DNA from: Vermamoeba vermiformis
Lineage: Eukaryota
Assembly (NCBI GenBank): GCA_045837725.1
Contig: JBEWZL010000152.1
Coordinates: 248,001-312,000 of the forward strand
Reading direction: 5' to 3'
Length of the DNA stretch: 64,000 nucleotides
The notes beneath the pieces are model-generated. The model ran no database searches, was not told the DNA's origin, and saw nothing but the letters and a program-made list of their open reading frames with translations. Each line of letters begins with the position of its first letter. Position 1 is the first letter of the stretch. Made by a program: the position numbers and the translations under genes. Shown piece after piece: positions 1 to 11,853 of this stretch.

Positions 1-3000
1 ATCAATATTCTCGCAGAATTCTTTCGAGTCATACAACGAAGTTCAGATGCGTTCGCTGAGAAGTACTTGTCCATGTTTGCATTGACCAATCGGGGCAAAG
101 ATATCTCACCATTTGAAGTAAGCATTATAATAAATACTACGCGACAAATTTATGGCTGAGGAAGGACGGATCTAACAATATTTTCGCAGGACGAAATTGG
201 CTCTTTATATTCAGAGTGGCTAAATATCGAGTCCGATCATATTAAGCCTCTTTTGACATTAGTCACGAAGACAATCAAATACAGTTTCGCATTGATCGAT
301 GAGCCGAACAAAGATTTGATTATTAGACGTGTTTGCGAGATCTCAAACTCTGCGTTGGATGTCGAGGTCGTTGAACGCTGCTTAAACTTACTCGAGGTGC
401 TGGTACGTAGTATAATATATTAATAGTATTTCTAACGATCTTAGGTCTTACACGGCACCATTCCGGCCACGTGTTTAATGCCGATAATTTCGTCGTTGTG
501 CCGTTCAGTGAATATCGAAAGATTCAGCACGATCAGCTGGCAAGTAATGCACGCTATATTGCAAACACATTGGGGCTATCAAGGCATCAAATGTCTTTGT
601 TCATTGTTAGACGACTCGAACAACAGATCCCTAGTCAATTTACTTCGTGGCGCCGTGTTCTTTTTGAGCATGTCAGTTTGGGGATTCCAAAAAGTTCCAA
701 ATCTGAATGTCAGCGCCACGACTATCTTGCCTTCATTGTTGAAAGTCTTATCTGGACGACAATTTATCGTGGCGTACGAAGTCGTCTTGGGCGTCAAAAG
801 ACTCGTCAAGAAGTAAGTCCAAAATGATTTCCTTAATGACGCGATATTAATATTCGTGTATAGGTACGGGGCAGAGCTCAAGATCGAGTGGAACGTCATA
901 TTCAATATCTTGTATAGTCTCAAAAGTTTCATGACTTCGACACCTGTCAGCGAACACACGTCACTTGTTGTAACCGTTCGAGAAATCTTAACGATGATAG
1001 AAGGTATGTCGAATGATAATATGATTCATAACATCTTTATCTTATACTTCATTTACAGAGTGGTACAAAAAGGGTCAATTTTTCGGTGATGACAAATTGC
1101 TGTTCCAACTGCTTGAAACATATGCCGTTCATAGACCAGAAGAGTCCACGTTCTTTATTATGGACAAAAAGATTGAAGAGATCAATCCTGCTAATGAACG
1201 ATGGCTTGATAATTTAGAACGATTAATAACGGTCTTTTTCGTCAATGACAAAAGAGTGCGCGTTCGTGAAAAGGTACCGTAATAAATATTTTCTTATGAA
1301 TATAATAATAACGCTATTATTAGGCATTTAATATCTTGCGTCAAAAGTTTGAAACGTTCAAGTTTTTGTACGGACCTGAAATAGCTCAAAAAGCTATTGT
1401 TCCAAACTTTGGTATGTTGCATACCGAAACGGATCCGACAATGCGAGATATGTAAGTTGACAAATATGAGGGTTAAATGCAGTACTAACGATTAAATTAA
1501 CTAGGAGCATTGCTTTTCTGGTCAATGTAGCGGAGAACTTGTACAGTTCGCAATTCTTTCAAATTATAGACCTTATTTATCAGCTTGCAGCAAAGTAAGT
1601 CCATAGTAATATAACTTGGTGGATAGACATTAACGGATATGATTGTTTTACAGTCCAAGCGCGAGCACAGAAACGCGCATTATTGCTACAACAGGCCTAT
1701 TGAACGTTTTTAAGACGAAATTCCCGTTCAAACGATACAACCAGACACTGTATATATTCGAAAAGCTGGTTAACTTAGTATCAGACGAGGAATTTGAAAT
1801 AAGGTACGTTGAATCAAACACAGATCTGCAGAACTGAATTTGTAACGCAATTTCCTTTTTAGGAAAGAGGTATTAAGCAAACTGCTGCAGCTTCGCGCAA
1901 ACGAGAAATATGAAATAGTGCTCGACGGAGTCACGTGCATTTATCTACGATGCACTCAGACAAACAGGACTTCCATTGGCCTATTTCCGATGACCAACTT
2001 TTATGGAGCTTTGGTGAAGCGTTTACGCAAGGAAAATAGAAACGAGGTGAGTGGGAGCCTTATTCAAATATATTACGGTACTAATAATAATTTTTAGGTG
2101 TTTGTTATGCTCGTTAAAGGTCTGCATCAAATGCTGACGAATCACTGGATCATGCACGGCATCGATTTGACCGAGACAGCTTCACTTGTCGCTCGTCTAT
2201 TAGAGAACAAGATCTTTGGCATGCCTGTCGATCATTTGGTAAGTGGTTTTGTTGAATTAAACCAAATAAGATCCGGATTCGTTTTGCTGGATTGGAGCGG
2301 ATCGGGTGAAGCGTTTACGCAAGGATCGGGTGCTGTTTCTTGGTTGCAGAGGTAGTGACCCGAACACGATGTTGCAGTCGCTCTCGGGCACGACCACACT
2401 AACAAGAATGCACCGCTTCCCGTCCGATCAGCGAAGTTAAGCTTGTTCAGGCCTTCTTAGTACTGGGGTAGGAGACTACCTGGGAATCGGAGGTGTTGTG
2501 CTCTTTACTTTTTTGCTTTATGCTAGCATTTTGCTCTATCTCCCTTGATTTACACATTTTTGCTTGTCTAGAAGGATTATCCAACTTTTTTTTTGATCTC
2601 GATCTGATCCAAATCTAACCTCTTTTCTTTAGCCAATATCTGAAACAGCCAAGTTTGAGAACTTTCAGCTTGGTTACGAGATGCTTACTGTCATGGTTGG
2701 CTATTTAGCCTCGCATTCTCCGACGACGCAGATCCAAGAAGATATCGTCAGCTGTTTTTATTCAGGCATTGCTTACAAGTGGTCTTGTCCCCCTGAAATC
2801 AAACAAAACTTGCTGGTACGTTCTTAGTAATGAGGGTGTTATATTTAACAGGTTGCTAATTTTCGTTTTAGCGCATCTGCTTGAACAGTTTGAGCATCTG
2901 TGTTGTGGAAGTGCCTGATGGCATCGTCAAGTTCTTGACGCAGATATTGGCCACTATACAACAAATAGCAAACATCTCCGAGCTAGCAATGCCGATTCTC

Positions 3001-6000
3001 GAGTTATTTAACGCTCTCGTATCGTTCCCCAATATCATCAAGAAGTGCCTGTTGGTTAACGACTTCAAACCAATTTTCACCGTGCTTTTGCAGTTCACTG
3101 ATTACGCCAAGGTAAGAAATAGCACTACAACATTGCTATATGGCATAATTATTAATTATGGAATTAGTATTCGCCTGTCACAGTGACTTTTGCCTATCAA
3201 GTTTTGGCTCTTTGGTACTTGCAAGTCGAGCGACGTCAACGGCACAATTTCTTCCCAGCCATTCGCGATTCATTGCTAGAGCAAATCAGAGTCAACAAGT
3301 CGCTCATTGCCGAAGCTAACTGTGATTTGTTTGCACGTTTCACTTTCACTGACTGCGATCCACTTCCGATGGCCGACGAAGAATCAGATGAGAATTCAAT
3401 CGTGTTTAAAAACAGCAGCACGAGAGTTTGGGTCCAAGGCAACTCTTTGATCGGTATTAAAGTTGGTCAAATGGGCTGGGTTGAAGTTGTACTTCGTCAA
3501 GCTACTGGAAAAATGGTCTGGCTGATGCAACTGAAAAATAAGATTCGAAAGTCAGGCGACAAGGTACGCGTCATATTTTAACTTATAAAGGCGTATCTAA
3601 CGTATATTTGGCGCTACAGGAGCTTGTTGAAGATGACCTCGATCAGTTCTTGCAACAACTTCGCTCGTCAATGGCTGCAGAGGGTATTAGTCTCGACGAA
3701 AGTGATGATTTGTCGGACAATCTTGAAGGCTCTGGAGACATTGCCTTGACTGATTCGGGCGACATTACCGACCGATTGCGTCAGTCTGATAGTCCTGACG
3801 CTCCAATCACCGCCAAGCCGAATCCTGCTGCGAACATCAAGACAGCTTTGTATAGCCCTTCGAGCGATTATAAGCCAAGCAGTAAGTGGAACGGTCATTT
3901 TTTCGGCAAACTTATGTTGACACTTTGACAGGTGTCACGTCGACTACAGTGACAGATACAGCCACGAACCAATCATTGCCGTTGTCGCCTCGTGGCCTTG
4001 GTTCTCAGGCCCAATCATACAACGACGCATCTCCTCGTAGTTCAGTGGGATCAGTTCGGTCACCTCCACCAACAGGAGTGCCAATGTATCATTCAGTCAC
4101 GTCTCCGAAGTTAGGCTCGATGACATCTCCGTACATGTCTCCGCAAATGAACCCGATCAAGTCGCCGACTGGTTTAAGTGAACCTTTTTCACTGAACCCA
4201 GAACAACAAGCGAGGTAAGCCATTGCCACTATTTCATCGTTCACTGAATACTAACGAATACAAGTAGGGTAAAATCGGGTGAAATGGTCTTGCCGCTTTC
4301 AGTTTTTTATCCTCCGCTTCCGTCGTACGAGGAAGAAGAAAGAGAACGACGTGGAAGCATTGGCGGTCCCGTCGATGAAAATCTTGTTAGGTCGATCACC
4401 TTCGTTCTTCCAATCACTCGAAGATTTGTCTATTCCCAAGAACTCTATCAAGGGACAGGACTCAACGGACTTGGTGCAAAACTCAAAGTTGTCGCTGGAT
4501 GCGCAAATGATCTTACACGCCTCGCCAGTGAAAAATATTCCACCTCGAGTGACACACGAAGGTGACGCTAGTAATCCTCGAAAACGCACTCCTCCGTTTG
4601 ATTTAGATCAACCCAACTTCGAAGAACCAACGCTAACTTTGACAAGGTATAAATTTTGCGCTCATTTTGCGGGCGACCGATGACTAATGATATTTCCTTA
4701 TTAGACAAGGATTGGTATTGGATACTCCGCGCGAGGTAGCTGAGACTTATGGCTCACCGCCAAACCTTGTCAGTCCACCTCCGCACCATGTAAATACAAT
4801 CTCAACACCTACGACAAGCAACAGCAATCACCATGTAAATACAACGTCAAATCCTCAACCAAGTTCAACGCCGCAACCAGTCAGTCAGCCCAAGCAAATG
4901 CAATCATCGATCAGCAAATTAGGCGCTATTATTGAAGTGTCGGAAGATGGCTCGTCAACCAAGTCAAGCCCGACAACGCCATCTACCACGCCCTCCACAA
5001 CGCCGAAGATAACGGCAATAGGAACGCCAGTGAGCAGCAATACTACGCCCTCGAAGGACAGTATCACTACACAGCCTTTGAGTGCTGGAAAAACAGCGCC
5101 AACGTTCAAGCGATTGACGCAATCAGCTGACAAAGCGAGATCTGGATCCGACACTGCCGCGATGAAAAAAGTTGCCGAAGAGGCACAACAACAATACGCT
5201 AATGTCACACTAAGCAACAGTGCCAATAATAGCCAGATCTACGCAACAGCAGCAGCCAACGTTGTCGCATTCGTACAGCTCGGCTAAGCATCATCGAGCG
5301 TCTATTAGCGGCTACGCCAATAATAATCAGCCCAGTCCTAATCCAGCTCAAATACACCGTACGTTCTCGCAAGAAGTTCGAAAGCCTGTGCAAGGTGACG
5401 GTGTAGCGCAGTCATTGAGCGGTGAATGGAAGATGAGTCTGCAACATAGCAGTGGCGAGCAGAGTGCTGGTACTGACAAGGATTTGGTCATTCATCCGAG
5501 TTTTGTGTTCTTGCAGTTACAACAAACTCCGTTCTATTCGTCCAAGCCTAAACGTAAGTCACTTAGTTCCAGTACAATTTTATTTTAAAATTTATTTCTA
5601 CGAAATCTCTTTCTTGAAATCAGTGTAGACTCGGTAGAATAGAATGAAGATTTCGTTAGCATTAATATATTAAGTAGTATATATATACATTATACTACAG
5701 TTACTAATCAAGATTACTAGTGTTGAAGAATGCGGAATCGATTAACCGCGCTTTATTCATTCTCGATCACACAATGTCTTGCGAGACGCATAAGTTCGGT
5801 GTAGTTTATGTTGAGGCTGGACAGAGCAAACAAGATCAAATTTTGAAGAATACTTTTGGATCTGCTCGTTACACTACCGTAAGTGACCGGATCAACAATT
5901 TCATCCTTATCTGGCAATAGATTTATTTAATCTTAGAGACATATTACATTTATTGATCGAGGTTAATGACTAAGGTTCTTGTACTAATGTAGTTTCAATA

Positions 6001-6832
6001 GTTCTTGAAGGATCTCGGTGAAGTAGTCAAGATCCAGGACATTAACACCGTCAATAGCGCGTACCAATACACTGGAGGCCTTGATAGATCGGGTCAAGAC
6101 GGAGAGTATGCAATCACGTGGCGAGATGACGTTACACAAGTGATGTTCCATGTCGTTACGCTGATGCCGAACTTGGCTTCAGATCAGTACTTTACCAACA
6201 AGAAGAGACATATTGGCAATGATTATGTAAATATAATATGGTGCGAAGGTGGTCAGCAATATGAGCTCGATACTATTCCAGTAAGTAACTATTTCATGAA
6301 TCAGAGTCCGGATGCGATCCCGTTTGTTATTTCTGACGAACGTCTTACATTGTTCTTATAATGAACGTATGCTAATATATTCATTTAGGGACAATTCACC
6401 TTCGTAGCTATAATAATTTCGCCACTACAAGCTCCCTTCTACCGAATCGAAATTAAGAAGAAGGCAGAAATCCCTGCATTCGGGCCAGTACAGAAATCAA
6501 CGATAGTAGAAGAGAAGAACTTGGCATTTTTAGTTCGCCAGACTGCTATTAACGCTAATGTAAGTCAATTACTTCCCAGTACAAATTTTTATCAAATTTA
6601 TTTTTGACGAAATTTCGCGCAATTACGTTCCATTACGTTTGTTTTGCTATGTAGCCAATATACAAGATATCGCAGTGATTAATATTGCTTAAAATAGTTG
6701 GCGGCGCGTGTACATATGCTTCAGCAGAAGTTCCTTCAGTACGTCTCAAACTGCGAGGAGCGATTGAGACAAATCAAAACTATTGAAGAACGATTTGCTT
6801 CAGACGAAAAAGTAGACTTTTTAAGCGGATAA
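1..6832 (+). CDS. TSC2: Tuberin/TSC2 homolog (Rheb GAP), multi-exon, 5'-partial
   Basis: N-terminal LLRGAVFFLSMSVWG matches the TSC2 DUF3384 region. The C-terminal Rap/Ran-GAP domain has HPSFVFLQLQ, RALFILD..SCETHKFGVVYV, YTGGLD, FHVVTLMP and KKRHIGNDYV. Many GT-AG introns; stop TAA at 6830-6832. Two apparent +1 frameshifts (~4383, ~5234). Confidence 0.92.
2386..2504 (+). rRNA. 5S rRNA gene, inside TSC2 intron 2239-2632
   Basis: 119 nt with eukaryotic 5S motifs CCCGTCCGATC, GAAGTTAAGC, TTAGTACT and CCTGGGAA. Helix I GGGCACGAC (2386-2394) pairs with GTTGTGCTC (2495-2503). A T-run follows. Confidence 0.95.
2504..2514 (+). terminator. Pol III oligo-T terminator of the 5S gene
   Basis: TTTACTTTTTT directly after the 5S 3' end. 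Confidence 0.75.
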
Positions 6833-7262
6833 TATCTTGATTGTAAGTAAAACAAACTTAAAACAATCAAATTTTAGTTCTCGATCGCCTTCCTTTTGAG
6901 CTCGAGCCCGAGATTGATAAGATTATGAAATTCATATTATAATATTGCAATAATATGGTATTAATACATGCACGCTCGATCTTGACAAAATTAAGACAAT
7001 TTGTTAGTACGATAAAAATTTATTAGGGATCGTACGAGTTAATCAGCCTTCGAGAGGACTAATTGTGTTACGATACGATTATTGGGGAGACATTTATGCG
7101 TTCTCAGTTTGAGAGGTACCAGTTTGTTGTCCCTGTTCAGTTATTTTGCCTTCGCGATCGGCCATGATCGCCGTCAAAGTTTAGGTTCAATATCAATACA
7201 GAAATGAAGAGCGATGATAAAGATGTTCAAATGTTGTATTTATTATGCTCGTCAGCATGCTA

Positions 7263-8183
7263 TTACATTAAGATAGCGGCAGATAAGAAAGCGAGGGATC
7301 CCACAACAATCGAGGCAGAGCTGGTCTTCGATGTAGGAGCTTTAACCGGCGCTCTCAAAGGAGTTTTTACTGGAGTTGCACTAAGCGGTGTAGTCCAAGG
7401 TGCATTCATAGGTTGATTCATCATTGGCGCAGCAACTAAATTCACTAAATTAGAAATCTAGATTCAAATCTGAAAAACAGTGAGTATTACCTGGTAATGC
7501 GGAGCAAGAGGTTTGAAGGGCGTAGCTATTATTCTGGCTATTGGAAGTGCACACGTTGTTCTGGATCGTGTTGAAGTCGTAGCAGTAGGTGATTTTTTGC
7601 GGAATACATGCAGCGTGACTCATCACGCCATTGTTGCATGACAGCGAGACGTTAGCAGCAACGTAGCCAAGAGCAGTAGAGATAGCAATGAGGGTATTAT
7701 CTAAGCTTTGCGGAGCTATGTAAAATATCAAAAGTGTCAGTTGCATATTTAATTTGCGGATCTGTTCCGGTTAGATTTCGCTAATATACCTCCAAATGCC
7801 ACATAGGTGCTCGCGGTGAAGTTACAATTAACATCGCCAGAAAGTTTGATGAATTGCCATCCGTCAGCAAAAGTTGGCTCGATCGTTGCGCTGCAGTAGC
7901 TCGAATCTGCAATGAAATGGACGCCTGGAATAGAAGAGCTATCGCACATTGCATTCTGAGCAGCGGAGCGCTTCACAATGCAAGCTTCATTCGACTATAG
8001 GCTTCATTAGCAAAAGATTCTGGTTTCTGAAAATTGATGCGGTTTTTCGTTTGCTTGATTACTTACTATGTATCTTGCGATGGCTGTAGTATTACAATTG
8101 GCATCAGGGTAAGTATCGATTACGATGTAGGCATTAGTGACCACCACCGCTGCGAGTAAAATGAAGCAGATCTGGGTGACCAT
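7263..8183 (-). CDS. Secreted Cys-rich surface protein, probable GPI anchor or C-terminal TM
   Basis: Signal peptide MVTQICFILLAAVVVTNA, Cys-rich spliced exons, a Pro/Thr stalk (ATPVKTPLRAPVKAPTSK) and hydrophobic tail SSASIVVGSLAFLSAAILM*. Confidence 0.7.
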
Positions 8184-8570
8184 TTTGGTGTGGTGTTGGT
8201 GTTCACTGATCGATTTAATGATTGTAATGAATTAATATCGTGTCAAATCTTTTTTGCCAATAATTTAACCGGATAAAGACGTAAACATCCAAAAATAGAG
8301 CAACGAAGGCGCGTAATAAATATTGTGCATGATTCAAAACGGTAAGCTTAACGCAGTTGAAAATGTATCTCACATAATATTATGATGTAAGGTTAGCTTA
8401 TAGTGCCATTAGAATCATTAATAGCGGCACCGTAATCCGATTGCAATTTTTTATTTTTATCAAACAGATCTTCACAAGACTAGTACTGACAATACATTTT
8501 AATGTGGTTATGGAGGAGAGGAATTCTTTAGGAGTTAACGCCAATAAGAATCAGAGTTATTGGGTGCGAG

Positions 8571-10234
8571 ATGAGATCGTACCAGAAACAAAATCGTTTG
8601 GCGGCTACATTCGAGGCAACAATAAATCTAGAACATAATTTCGAAATTAAAAGCAGTGCTGCACCTAATATTACGCGATTCCTGCGCATTGATTTTTGGG
8701 ACAAATTTTACGTAAAAGAATTTTCCATTTTTCACTTTAACCCTCTACGCGATGATTTAACACGTAAGTAGCCTACTATTATAATGAAAAAAATTATGAA
8801 ATTAATAATAAATTATTAGAGAAGGGACAAGTCATTACTGGCGATGACATGTTTCAACATTGGATTTACCTCAATCCTCCAGCAGGAAAATACCAAATTA
8901 ACACAGTAGGAGGAAATTATAGATGTAAGTATTACCTAAGTTATTAAAATTGTGCTAAAACCATTTCAGATCGGGTTATTCTGTTCAAAAGTGATCTGCG
9001 GTTAACAGATGCGATCCAATTAAAAGTAAATACCGCAACGCAGGTCACTTTGAGATTACCCGAAGCATATGATGACTTTCCAAAAGCACTTTCATATAGA
9101 ATCGATAACAGACCGGTCTGGCTGACGTAAGTTGGATCCGCTATAAATTTAAAAAACTTAAAAAGCCTTTTTTTAACAATTCTTATTATAGAACATATTC
9201 CAGGCCTCCTCATAAGTAAGATAATATTATATTTAAATCATTTAACTCATTATTTATAGAAAATTTAAATTGGAAGTTGAACCGGCATCTATTTACGAAG
9301 CCAAAATGAAGCTTTTTGTTAAGGGCGTATTTGAAACTAAATATAGCCCTTCTATTATTATCACCGAGCATCAAAAATGGGTTGAAACTGTTGAGCCTGA
9401 TTACGACTTGCTGGATTTAGAATTAATGTTTTATTTCAGAATGAAACAGTGGCCCCATAGGTGCGTAAAAATATTAATATTTATTTTAATAACATATATT
9501 TATCGATATTGCTTAGAATCGAAGTCAATTTATTGATTAAATTTCCGGATGACGAAGAATGGACGAAATTTTCGAAAGAGATCTGGAAAATACCTGGTTT
9601 CATCGAATTCAGATTGAGGGATCGGATATATAATAGATTGAATGAGGATAATATGGTTATCGAATGGAGATTGCATTTTAAGGATCCACAAATTGACGAT
9701 CGAGAAGTTTGGGGACCCGTTAGGAAATACGAGCTCAAAAAGCGAGTCAAAAATGAAATATTTGCAAATACGTGTCATTTAGACACTAAGGAACCTTTAT
9801 ACACTTTATTATTGGTTCCTGATGGCAGATTCGCTTTGAAAAAGAGAATCGCGAAAAAAATTTACGTTAGAAATGGATTAAGAGGCGAATATACCATTGA
9901 AAATACCAGCGATGGAAAGAAAAGAATTCATTTAATGCCTAAATATGGAATTTCATTTGATGTTAGCAAGATCGAGCAAAGTACATCCGCCTGTCAGATC
10001 TTATTGCCAGAGCTTTTGCAGATTATATTCGCATATGTTGGTAGTGCTTACGACCGCAGTTACCAAAAAAGGAAATTCGAGCCATTTAGACGACTCAGTA
10101 TGGTCTGCAAACTTTGGTTCAATCTCGTTACAAAAAAAGTATTGGCGCAATTATTTGACGGAGAATTAATTATAAAGCCCGAATCGTCGTCGGTGCTATT
10201 CAATAATTGGATCGAGTTCAGAACTCTTTGGTAA
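8571..10234 (+). CDS. Hypothetical protein with an F-box-like motif near the C-terminus
   Basis: Spliced ORFs; LLPELLQIIFAYV...RLSMVCKLWFNLV is F-box-like. Start codon uncertain. Confidence 0.5.
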
Positions 10235-10804
10235 TATGCGATATTATCATAATTAAAAACTTTTCTTTTTGGATCCGTCTTGTAAAAGACATGTAATTTT
10301 AATCAAAAAAATACAACTGCTGAAATCTCTAGTAATACTTCTATTAGTGGTAGTAATATATTAATCAGCGTTATTATTTTACATGTTGCTTCAACAGCTA
10401 GCTAACTATTTAATAGGTAGCGGATGCGCAACCACATTTTCCAGTCATGTCTAGTCGTAATATGCAGCATTACAATATACTTGCAGACCGTGCTTGTAGA
10501 TCTACTAGCGGGGACAGGATTCGATCCAGAAACCCCGCGACTGGAGTAGATAATGTTGACCGGATGTGGATTACCTTGCAAACATTATCAAGACCATCCG
10601 ATTGGTTTAATTTGACTCCTGTAGCCTTGCAGGAGTTAGATGACCACTCCGCGCCGAAGTGTCATTGCAAATATGCTCGCCGGAGTTAAGTGATTCATGA
10701 ACGAAAACCACGTGTCACTAACTCCGTGAAACATAAATACGCGATATTTTGCAATGTCATCATTATTTAATTAAACTACAATATAAAACAACTCATCAGC
10801 AACC

Positions 10805-11046
10805 ATGTGTTATAAAGTACAGTGCTCTAAATGCCAGAAGTGGACTTGGGCAGGTAAGATAGCGGATTCATGAAATAAGTATTAATTTATATTGGCTTAC
10901 ATTTAATTATAATAGGCTGCGGACGACATATTGAATCAGCTCTTAAAGATGTACCGCAATCGGAGCGATGCCACTGCCAGGCTTCAAGTTCTAGCGATAG
11001 CCAATCCAGCAAGGGCGGATTATTTTCTTTTCTCACCGGAAAGTGA
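10805..11046 (+). CDS. Small Cys-rich conserved hypothetical protein (~59 aa, 2 exons)
   Basis: MCYKVQCSKCQKWTWAG|CGRHIESALKDVPQSERCHC...GK*, intron 10854-10915. Matches the C..C.K.TW.GCG.H...C.C pattern of small uncharacterised eukaryotic proteins. Absent from the ORF track. Confidence 0.8.
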
Positions 11047-11853
11047 TCAAAGCATACACCAAATGCCAAATATAGTTGTACATAGTAAATAATTTATTTT
11101 TTGAATTAAGTTTTGTTGTTTGACATCCGATTGTTTGGACCACGGTCCGCTTTCTTGCTCGGAGTTCGATTTCTTATTATTATTTTAGCTAAAATATGTA
11201 AGTACAATGCAATTAATTGTTTTACATTGTTACTAATCGTAATGAAACTTGATTGGACGACAAGTAGTTCGGAGTTGTAGCCGAAACTTAGATGTTTACT
11301 TTTATGAATTGAATCGCATTACTTTGCACTTATAAAACTGTGCTGTAAATATTTAATATTGTACTTAAATATCTAAATATCCACAATCAGACATTGACGA
11401 ACAAAAATACTGCGATCTAGCGCCAATCCGTTGGCATATCTTTCCTTTTGTTGTTGAATTCTTTTTCGCTTGCTTGCGAGTACAATAATGATAACAATTA
11501 TCCACAAATAGTAAATTTCTCGTTATCCAGAAATTTATCCAAACGTACCACAAGAAAAAAGGCTTGGAGTCGCGTTAAAACAGCAATTTCGCGTCTTTCA
11601 CAGTCAGACGAACTCACGACGCCATCATCTTTAGGAGATGCTATTGTTAGCGAGTTACTTCGCATAATAATTTTCTGAATTACACTCAAGAAACGGGGAG
11701 TGAGTACCTCCCTGGTCTGATGCGCGCTTTTGCGTGTTGGATCGGGCGAGGGCTCACTGCCTGCAATTTATAAAGAAATGAAAATATATGGGGGGATATT
11801 ATGGGGGCATTAAATTCGATTTTTATTTACAATTTTGTGGATCAAAAAGACCT

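Noticed and set aside
11365-11689. Short overlapping ORFs between the microprotein and TAF1C-like genes
   Set aside because: No homology cues or coherent exon structure.
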